DNA of 64,000 bases, taken from Octopus vulgaris (Eukaryota). Where the stretch lies: the NCBI GenBank assembly GCA_951406725.2, contig OX597831.1:34906001-34970000 (forward strand). Reading direction: 5' to 3'. This document shows positions 54,107 through 64,000 of the stretch, piece after piece. The notes under the pieces are model-generated. The model was not told where the DNA came from, did no database searches, and was given only the letters and a program-made list of their open reading frames with translations. Position 1 is the stretch's first letter, and every line of letters starts with the position of its first letter. A program made the translations under genes and the position numbers.

Positions 54107-55290
54107 ATATATGTGTGTGTGTGTGTGTGTGTGTATGTGTGTATATGTATGTGTATGTATGTATGTGTATATGTATATATATGTATATGTGTGTGTATAT
54201 ATATATATATATATATGTGTGTATGTGTGTGTGTATGTATATGTATGTATATATGTGTGTATGTGTGTATATACACATACACACACATACGCACACACAC
54301 ATATACTTATACACATGCACACACACACACATACATACATATACACATACACACACACATACCTACATACTCCTATACGCACATACATACACACAAACAT
54401 ACACACTCACACAAACATACACACACACATACTTACACACACACTCACCTGCACGCGCACACACATGCATGACAAACACCCATACACTCACACTCACATA
54501 CGCACACACCAACATAAACACGCACACGCACACACACACCTACACTCCCACACACATACACACGCACCTACATACACACACGCACGCATACACACGCACA
54601 CACACGCATACACACATACATTACACACGTACACACACACCTACATACACATGCATACACACACACACACAAACATGCACGGACACACCCAGACATACAT
54701 ACATACACCTATATACACACGCCCACACACCTACATACACACACATATACACACGCCCACACACCTACATACACACACATACGGACACACCCATACATAC
54801 TTACATACATACACCTATACACACACGCCTACACACATACACACACACATATACGCACATACATATATACCCACACACATGCACACACATACGCACATGC
54901 ATGCATGCATGCACACGCGCACACCTACACGCATACACACACACACACGCACGTACACATACATACATACACACACGCATACATACACCCATACACATAC
55001 ATGCATCCTACACACACATACATACACACTCACACATACATACACACACACACACTCACTCACACACCTGTATGTACACGCACACACATGCACATACACA
55101 TACTTCCCCACACCCACACGTACATACATACACACTCATACACATACACACACACACACACGGACATACATCTATGCACACACATATATACACACATACT
55201 CACATACATTCATCGGACACACTGCCACCCAGACATACACACAGACACACTCACACATCCACACACATACATACTTACGCGCATACTCGC
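53468..55290. repeat. ~1.8-kb compound (TA)/(CA)/(TG) microsatellite with polarity switches
   Basis: CA-rich at 53580-53822, TG-rich at 53830-54270, CA-rich at 54270-55290. Confidence 0.95.
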
Positions 55291-56032
55291 AGGCGCGCGC
55301 ACACACGCGCTTGCGCCGGTTCGCGCACGCATACGCGCCGCATGCACCTCGCTCTTGGACCCGACGAGACCTCCCGCACGTTCCTGGGACCGTCGCTTGT
55401 CGTTGGGTTTTCCCACGCCCGTCTCCGCGGGACCACTCTTCCATCTTCCCCTCAGCTGGAGTCCTTTTTCCTTAACCCCCCCCTTTTTGTTACACACACG
55501 CGCACACATATACACACATTGCTTAAATATATACATTACTCTTACACACATTCAATCTACTCGCCATTAATACTACCACGACACTGGACACACACACACA
55601 CTACTACTCAACACACGCTGGCACGCTACATACGCCCCCACCCCTTCCCCTCCCTCCCTTCCTCCTTCCTTCTTTTTCTTACTACTGACCTTTGTCTGCT
55701 ATGCCGACCACTGTTTGACCGGGTCTGGGAAGCCAGGGGCCGCACCAGGCTCCAGTCTGAATCTGGCAGAGTTTCTACGGCTGGATGCCCTTCCTAACGC
55801 CAACCACTCCGTGAGTGGATTGGGTGCTTTTTACGTGCCACCTGCACAGGGGCCGGAGGGTCCGGCATCGTCACGATCGGTTCGAGCATTTTAACGTGTC
55901 AGCGGCACGGGGGCAACGAGGTCCGGGGTACTTTGGGGATCGGGGTACTTTGGGGATCCGGGGTACTTAGAATGGGTAGGGGGTATGTGGAATTGCTGCA
56001 GAAAGCAGCCCGGGTCTTTGTAGTCACAGCAT

Positions 56033-56387
56033 TTATCGTCACTGAGTAACGTAATTAGGTAGAGGAAAGAAATACAGATATTCTAGAGTTGAGTTGGGGA
56101 GGGGGTCCAGTTGAGGCGGGTAATATAGGGGAGCAACCAGTGGGGAAGGTTGGGGTAAGGAGGAACGATGGCAGGAAGGGTTGGTGTAGGTTCCTAAGAA
56201 ATAAAGACATTCGTTATCGTCACTGAGTAACGTAATTAGGTAGAGGAAAGAAATACAGATATTCTAGAGTTGAGTTGGGGAGGGGGGTCCAGTTGAGGCG
56301 GGTAATATAGGGGAGCAACCAGTGGGGAAGGTTGGGGTAAGGAGGAACGATGGCAGGAAGGGTTGGTGTAGGTTCCTAAGAAATAAA
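56033..56387. repeat. 173-bp direct tandem duplication
   Basis: 56033-56205 and 56214-56387 are identical apart from one extra G in a G run. The spacer is gacattcg. Confidence 0.95.
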
Positions 56388-56557
56388 AACGTAGGATATT
56401 ACGAGGCGGGAGGGTACTAAAGGGGATGGTCGGAATGAGGCAGTGTCAGGAGGAAGCGTAAGATCGGTGGGCAGTTGATGAGCTATGGCGCTAGCAGCTT
56501 GTCTTTTCACAGTGAAAGCATATGAGGAGAAGGGGTAGTGGGGGGAGGGGGAGGGAG

Positions 56558-56750
56558 TAGGGCGTACCCGGTGTAGATGAGTAAGGCGTATCCGGTGTAG
56601 ATGGTGAGAACAGGGTATACTGGTATTGGTGGTGGGGGGTGAGAACAGTGTTCACCGGTATTGGTGGTGGTGGCGGTGAGAACAGAGTTCACCGGTATTG
56701 GTGGTGGGGGTGAGAACAGTGTTCATCGGTATTGGTGGTGGGGGTGGGGG
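56558..56750. repeat. G-rich minisatellite (2 x ~24 bp plus 4 x ~35 bp)
   Basis: Units ggcgta.ccggtgtagatg and gagaacagtgttcaccggtattggtggtgggggt. Confidence 0.85.
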
Positions 56751-57551
56751 GGGCGGGTGCACCGCCAATGGCGGAAAGATGGGAAGAGATGGGATTACGG
56801 CTTGAGGTAGCCTAAGGTTAAATTTTGTAGAGAGAGAGATAGGAAAGATAAATCAAGTTATGGCGAAGGCTTGAAAGTAGCCTAAAAGGTTAAATTTTCG
56901 TAACAATGTATGAATAAACGTAGTAACAACGAATAAAAATAGTAAGATAAATTTTTAAGAACTTGCTGCGGGCATCGATCGGGAGTTGAAATTGAAGAAG
57001 AAAGTAAGTTGAATTGGGAATTTAAATTGCAGAATCGTAATGGTAATGGCGATTTTCAAGTTTTAGCATAAGAAGAAGAAGAGGAAAAAGACCGCCATAT
57101 ATATATATATGTGTGTGTGTATGTGTATGTATATGTGTGTGTATATATAGGTATGTATGTATTTGTATGTAGGTGTATATGTATGTGTGTATATATATTT
57201 ATTGGTGTATATGTATAGACTAGTCTTCTAAGATTGTAGACATGAATCTGTAGGTACGCGTCCGTATGTGTATATACGTGTATGTATGTAGATGTATGTA
57301 TGTATGAATATAACGCGTGCGTGCGTGTATGTGTATGAGTGTGCGTGCTGAGTGTGCGTGCGTGAGTGAGTGCTTGTGCTCAAGTAGAAAGATAAAAGGG
57401 ACTAGCTGTCGTAGCCAAGATGCTTGTGACCAGCGGTCAAAGATAACAAAAGTAATAAATGAAGATAATAAAATTAAAATTAGGGAATGGGTTTGTATTT
57501 GTATGTATATATGTGTGTATGTGTAGGTATGAATAGGTACACATATGTATG

Positions 57552-57589
<38 letters not shown>

Positions 57590-57815
57590 TGTGTATAAGT
57601 ATATATGAGTATATAGGGACTTGTGTGTTGTGTGTGCATGTGTGTATGTGGATATATGTGTGTGTATGTATATATTTTTTATGTGTATGTGTGGTCGTGT
57701 GTGTGTGTATATATACATGTGTGTGTGTATATGTATATGCATGTATGTGTGTATGTATATATAGATATACATATATATATATATATATATGTGTAGATAT
57801 ATGTATGTATGTGTA

Positions 57816-57852
<37 letters not shown>

Positions 57853-58150
57853 GGGTGTGTGTGTATGTATGTGAGTATGTATATGTGTGTGTGTGTGTAT
57901 ATATGTATACATATGTGTATAGGTATAAGTGAGATTTTCCTTATTTACCTAAAACTCTATTCTTCTATATATTTTTTTATTCTCCCTTTTTTTATTCTTT
58001 TATTTATTCTTCTATCTAATTTACCACTGACTCCTTGACCACTCCCCCAAGTATGATTTTTTTGCGCTATGCCTACCCCCAAAAAGTCCCCCACCACCAC
58101 CCCTTTAAACCTGCCTAAATGTATAAATGCCAATACAATTCTTGTTAACT

Positions 58151-58201
58151 AGCTTCCTGAAGATTTCTCTTGAATGAAACAGTTCTAGTCCTGTAGAAGC
58201 T
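58151..58201 (+). ncRNA. Type I hammerhead ribozyme candidate
   Basis: AGCTTC-CTGAAGA-tTTC(TCTT)GAAt-GAA-ACAG(ttctagtc)CTGT-A-GAAGCT. Stem I has 6 bp, stem II 3 bp plus a U.U closing pair, and stem III 4 bp. The core CUGANGA/GAAA is intact with a GUA cleavage triplet. Confidence 0.7.
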
Positions 58202-58949
58202 CCTTCTATATAATAAATATATATATATATATATACATACATACATATACATAGATACATGCGACAGGATTCTTTCAGTTTCCGTCCACCAAATCCACTC
58301 ACAAGACTTTGGTCCGCCTGAGGCTATAGTAGAAGACACTTGCCTAAAGTTCCACACAGTGGGACTGAACCCGGAACCATGTGATTCATAAGCAAGCTAC
58401 TTTACCACACAGCCATTCCTATGCCTATGTAGAAATATTATCAATTTATAGCACATGAATTTTAGCAGCAAAATCTCATGTGGACCCTAAAGTTTCATTT
58501 AAAATCCCAGTTAAGAACCACTTACGTACGAAGAGGTTTTTCTACTGTGGCCTGTATCCATGTATGTGTTTACATCTATGTTCCAGTCTGAAAGCTCTTC
58601 CAACACAATTCAGCGAAAACAAAACAATGAGATTCATTTTACAGTAATTTGTTTATTAATATAACTTCACTATCAACTACATCTATTTATATCTGTCGAT
58701 CTGTCTGTCTATTTATCTATCTATCTATCTGTCTAAATGCCTACCTATCTCTGTTATCTGATCTGTCAATACTGTTAAACACTAAAACCTAAAACAGCAA
58801 CATAACTCACATTGTTAATATTATTCTGACAGTTATTTTATTTCTCTCTCTCTCTCTCTCTTTTTTTTAATATCTCGTCATTTAGTTAATCTCGGTTTCT
58901 CGCACTCTTGTAAGCCACATTTAACTGCAAAGACACCATACCACCAATA

Positions 58950-59345
58950 CGTGTGTGTGTGTGTGTGTGTGAGCATATATGTATATGTGTGTGTGTGTGT
59001 GTGTGCATATGCACATGTGTACATGTATATATGTGTGTATGTATGTGTTTGTGTGTGTAGGTATGTGTGTGCATGTATATGTGTGTGTGCATTTATATAT
59101 GTGTTTGTGTGTGTGTCTATGTATGTTTGTGTGTCTATATATGTATATGTTTGTGCGTGTGTATGTATGTATATATATATATGTGTGTGTGTGTCTGTAT
59201 ATGTATGTATATGTTTGTGTGTATATTTGTATGTGTATATATGTGTGTGTCTATATATGTATATGTTTGTGTGTATATGTGTATATATATATGTCTGATC
59301 TATGTATATGTGTGTGTTTTAGTGTGCATGCATATGTGTATGTGT
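58950..59345. repeat. (TG/TA)n compound microsatellite
   Basis: Direct reading. Similar blocks at 25590-25845, 57098-57920 and 62360-62545. Confidence 0.9.
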
Positions 59346-61662
59346 TCATAATATTGTTATAAATGCTGACAAAAGTGGCACCTCAAAATAATTGGTAATT
59401 AGATAGTGTATATGTAGAAAGTGTATATGGAGAAAGAACTGCAAGTTCTGCCAGCAGCTACGCAGATTGTAGTAAGTAGATCCAAAGATGAAGTAGATAA
59501 ATGTAGTAGTAGTAGTAGTAGTCTTGACACGAAGCAGTCAACAGGTTGGATGCCGGATTTTTTGTTAGATACACTAAGTCATGCATAGTGGCCAACATAT
59601 TTAACGCCTTCCCAGCTGACTATGTAATTGGTGTAGCTATGTGTGATAGTAACAGCCACTCAGCTGTTCACTGTTCTCCCAGCTGGGAGAAGTCACCAAC
59701 TGGCCAGGACTAGAATAATGTTTATGTTGTGGCCCATATGCAATCTTATCATCAGCTAGGGGTCACCAAAAAGTGAGGGTTTTTGGGGTTTTTTTTTTAA
59801 CCCGTTAGCTTTCAGGTTATTCTGTCAAATGTAATGCGTATTTATTCACATGCCAGTGGAATGTAAAAAAGCACTGTTTGAAAGTGGCTGATGCCAGTAA
59901 CACATGACTGACACCTGTGCTGGTGGCACGTAAAAAGCACCATTTGAGTGACCGATGCTAGTGCTGCCTGACTGGCAACCATACTGGTGGCACGTAAAAA
60001 TCACCATTTGAACATAACATGCCAGTGCCACCTGACTGGCTCCCGTGCTGGTGACATGTAAAAAGCACCCACTACACTCTTGGAGTGGCTGGCATTAGGA
60101 AAGGCATCCAGCTGTAGAAACCTTGCCAAACCAGATTGGAGCTTGGTGCAGCCTCCTGGCTTGCCAGTTCTCATTCAAAACTGTTTAACGCATGCCAGCA
60201 TGGAACGCTGACATTAAACAATGATGATTGCTTTGAATTAGTTGTAAATTATCTCATAGTTTTGAGATTTCAATGATATAATAGCTTATTTTTAGAATGA
60301 CAAGGTAGAGTAGATATAAGAGGCTATAAACCTGGCCAGTTTGAACAAAAAGAAAAAAAAGTAACAGATAAAATATTTGGGCCAGATATGGCTAGTTTGA
60401 TTGCTAAAGGGTAATAATATAGAGTGCAGGTATTGCTGTGTGATTAAAAAGCTTGCTTGGCAACCATGCAGTTTTGGGTTCATTTCCACTACATAGCACC
60501 TTGAGCAAGTTGTCTTCTACTATTGCCCCGTCTCCAGGCTGACCAAAGTGTTGTGAGTGAATTTAGTGGACAGAAGCCAACAACTTGCAGATACAAGTGC
60601 TACCAGGCAAATGCTCCACAAGCATGTTTATGGATTCATCAGGAGAAAATCTGTGCCATTTTAGGGCCTTTGTCTCAATGATATTATTGCACACTGGCCC
60701 TACTCACTGAGATGAGACCCCGCTTGCCAGATCAACTGGTTATTGCACTTCTCTCAGTATACTTCTAGCCATTGTTCATTGTCTCTTTTTAACCAAATCC
60801 AGTGTTTTGCCTTCTCCACTGTGGCCAGGATATATATAAATATATGTATATGTGCATCATATATGTATGGGTATGTGCGTCTGTGTTTGTGCACCCACAG
60901 CACCGCCCCCACCTCTTGTCAAATGCCACTTTCATACAAACAGTGTTTTGTTCCATTCTTCCATGCAAATATGTTCAGCTGCAGGGGGATATTAACTTCC
61001 TTGAAAACAGATGAAGGTTGGTGATAGGAAGGGCACCCATCCATGGAGAAACTGTACCCAACGAATTCTGTCTAACCCATGCTAGCATGGAAAAGTGGGA
61101 ATTTAAACAGTGATAATGATGAATCTGTTCAGATTATTCCCAGCTACATCATCATCAACCACTCAATATTACTGTCTTGAGTCCTGGGTCACATTCTGCT
61201 AATTACCTGGTTCCATGACATTAAGATCACATTTGCTCCAAATAGGATGCCAGTTTATCGCAGGGTTGCTCATTTACTGTAGTAACATGGAATGAAGTGT
61301 TTTGCTCAAGAACACAATGCACTGTCCTTCCAGTCCAGGAATTGAAACCGTGATCTTGCGATCATGAGTACATCACCCTAACCATTAGGCCCCACACACA
61401 GTTCACTTAACCAGCTGCTTCAACAGCTACAGATATCACAAGCCACACTACTTTCTCTATGGAACCAGTCTTTGCTACAAACACACGTCAATCAGTTGAA
61501 CCTGCTATAAATAATCCTATGTTTTATCTTCAATCTGGCCAGTTCTGGCCTCTACACTTACCCTACTATGTACCACCTAGGGCAAGTGTCTTCTACTGTA
61601 GCCTTGGGCCAACCAAAGCCTTGTGAGTGGATTTAGTAGATGGAAATTGAAAGAAGTCTGTC

Positions 61663-61701
<39 letters not shown>

Positions 61702-63845
61702 TATATATATGTATGTATGCTTGTGTGTGTGTCTGTGTTTGTCTCCTACCACCACCACCATTGCTTGACAACCGATGTTGGTGTGTTTACGTCTCCGTAA
61801 CTTAGTGGTTTGGCAAAAGAAGCCAATAGAATAAGTACAAGGTTTACAAAGAATAAGGCCTGGGGGACGATTTTCTCGACCGAAGGCCGTGCTCCAGCTT
61901 GGCCACAGTCAAATGACTGAAACCGGTAAAAGAATAACCACACCATTGAAATCTCAAAGCTGTGAGGTCATGCATCATGCATGACCTAGTTTCATTTCAA
62001 TGCAACGAAATAAGCATTTCATTTGTGCATCATATATGTATGACAGACATGAGTACTTGTTGCAAAGATAAGTTCCATAGAGAAAGCTGAGGTGGTTTGC
62101 GATATTAGTAGCTGTTGAAGTTAGCAAAGATTTGCTTTCTTGATTTCTTAACTCTTTAACTTTTTTTTGTTTTTGTTTTTAAAATTATTATGCACTTCCT
62201 GCAAAACTGTGTTGGCTTTCTGCTTAGTAACATACCTCACTCTCATACATACCTGTCTTTATTCTACTGTGATAATTATTTTTAACCTACTGCTACGGCA
62301 GCATATATATATTAGTGTGTGTGTGTGATCATCGCTTCTTCCATACTTGCATGGCTTAAATGATATGTATGTATTTATGTGTGCGTATGTATGGTATGTA
62401 CATATACCTGTTTATGTACATGTGTGTTCTGTATGTGCATGAATGCATGTGTGTGTGTGTGTGTGTGTTCTGTATTTATGGGTTGTATGTATATGTATGT
62501 ATTTATGTTATGTGTGTGTGTATGTATGGTATGTATGTGTTTTAATTATAATCTTTTCTCAGATAACATTTTCCTCTGCCCTGCATTACTGCTTCTGAAT
62601 ATAACGGGTCTCTAAGAAAACCCATTGTTTTTTGTATTTGTGTGTGTTGTGTGTGTGTGTGTGTGCATGCGTGCGAACACGTATGGACGTGTATCCATTA
62701 GTCTGTGTGCCCTTCGGCTTATCCACATATATGTCTGTGTGTTTGTCTCACTGTCTATTTGCATTCATGGGTGTGTCTACGTGTGTATATTTATACACTT
62801 GGAGGGGGACATTGTTGATGTGTGTGTGTGTTTGTTTGTTTGTTTTCGTGTACTCTCCTGCTTTCTCACCTTTCTTCTATTTCTCCCATTACCGATCTCT
62901 TTAATAACTTTCTTCCAGCTTTCTGTTTTTATCTTAAGTTTCTGTTTTTCTAGCAGGGGCGGGTGTCATACTATCTCACTCTCTATCTCTTTAAATGCTT
63001 CTTTAAACCTTTAACATTTAAACCGCCCTCATCCTTCCCAAATATTCTACATGTTTTAAGTTCAGACCAACCAGATCCAGCCTCTCACACCTACCCTACA
63101 ATGTCATTCTGAATATAATCAATGACATCATCAGAATCGCAAAGCTACAAGATAACTCCTGATTACTGTATTTTAACGTGTATAAGAAACCCTCTTTTGT
63201 CAAGAATTAGGTTAAAAAAATATGGGAGTTTCTTATAGAGGGATCATATTATAATCCCTTACAAAACCTTTCTTCCAAATTTTAAGCCCCCCCCCCCCCC
63301 CAAATTAGGGGGTTCCTTATACACTGTAATTCAAAATAATGTGAATAAATAAGCAGAGTAATATGAATGCTAAAAGGTTAAAAAGTTACATCAAACACAC
63401 ACACACACGCTTAAAGATAGTAGCTACGTATCTCCTCCACTGCAAGAAACCAGACCCCTTCTTTCATACTTTAACTGCTCATCCCCTAGTATAAATCTGT
63501 CTCTTTCTCAGTTGAAAGAGATGTTAGTCTTGCAACCTGGCTCCACGGCAACTCCATTAATGCTGATTCCATGAAAAAAGAAAAGAAAAAAAAGCACTAA
63601 GTGGTTGGCGTTAGGAAAGGCCTTCACCTGTTGAAACCATGCCAAAGCAGAGATTGGTGCGTAATGCACTACTCTGACTCATTTCAAACTATCAAACTAT
63701 CCAACCTGTGCCAACATGGAACATGGTCATTAAAGCATGGTGATGATTATCCTTAGGTGCATATAGGTGCAAGCATGGCTATGTGGTAAGAAGTTTGCTT
63801 TCCAACCACATAGTCCCAGGTTCAATAATTATGCACCAATCTATA

Positions 63846-63877
<32 letters not shown>

Positions 63878-64000
63878 ATACTTGACAGAGTGTAAGTACC
63901 TTGAGAGAAAAGTTGGACCTAAGAAGCATCAGATGTGGTGTGCAAGAGAGACGATTGCACTGGTATGGTCATGTGGTAAGAATAGATGAAAATAGCTGTG

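Larger units (their letters stand above)
55712..57098 (-). mobile_element. CpG-rich family C copy with a ~1.2-kb extension at its 5' side
   Basis: The family C core at 55712-55910 continues without a visible break through ggatccggggtacttagaatggg (compare 32305-32330) into G-rich internal repeats, ending at accgccat (minus strand ATGGCGGT). Confidence 0.55.
52757..58523. mobile_element. hAT-like MITE expanded to 5.8 kb by nested insertions
   Basis: Left TIR cagtggtcctca at 52757 and right TIR gttaagaaccact at 58510-58522. The pieces at 53320-53340 and 58428-58523 are contiguous in the related copy at 23167-23281. Confidence 0.65.

Noticed and set aside
53692-55797. Long ORFs of 202-586 aa rich in H/T/Y/I/C/V
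   Set aside because: These are translations of dinucleotide microsatellite that lacks stop codons, with no domain features.
56507-56692. Pro-rich 61-aa ORF on the minus strand
   Set aside because: Explained by the G-rich minisatellite; no homology recognised.
56598-56750. Regularly spaced ~35-bp repeats resembling a CRISPR array
   Set aside because: The units are contiguous with no unique spacers, there are no cas genes and the context is a eukaryotic intron; it is a minisatellite.
63215-63245. IWEF as the next CDC40 exon (expected LWEVY...)
   Set aside because: No acceptor in phase, no continuing similarity, and it lies inside a MITE.

Overview
This is AT-rich animal genomic DNA saturated with SINEs and microsatellites. 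The SINE repertoire suggests an octopus or other coleoid cephalopod, which is an inference. The only supportable protein-coding content is five internal + strand exons (130, 81, 143, 97 and 215 nt; 666 nt, 222 codons) of the spliceosomal step-II factor CDC40/PRP17. They are joined by canonical GT-AG introns of 14.4, 7.6, 3.8 and 4.0 kb, and I could not find the upstream or downstream exons, so the whole window is probably inside this gene. The introns hold dozens of SINEs from at least four families, RTE and R4/Dong LINE fragments, and hAT, piggyBac and Tigger-like MITEs, often nested. The most unusual items are: a near-canonical type I hammerhead ribozyme (58151-58201) inside a 5.8-kb nested insertion; a decayed tandem array of five tRNA-His copies (40681-41122); an antisense CCAAT-HSE-TATA-Inr promoter cassette (about 52450-52560); a 66-nt near-perfect hairpin just behind an exon; and candidate poison and micro exons. 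Nearly all ORFs in the track are repeat artefacts. Repeat boundaries were read by eye and are approximate.
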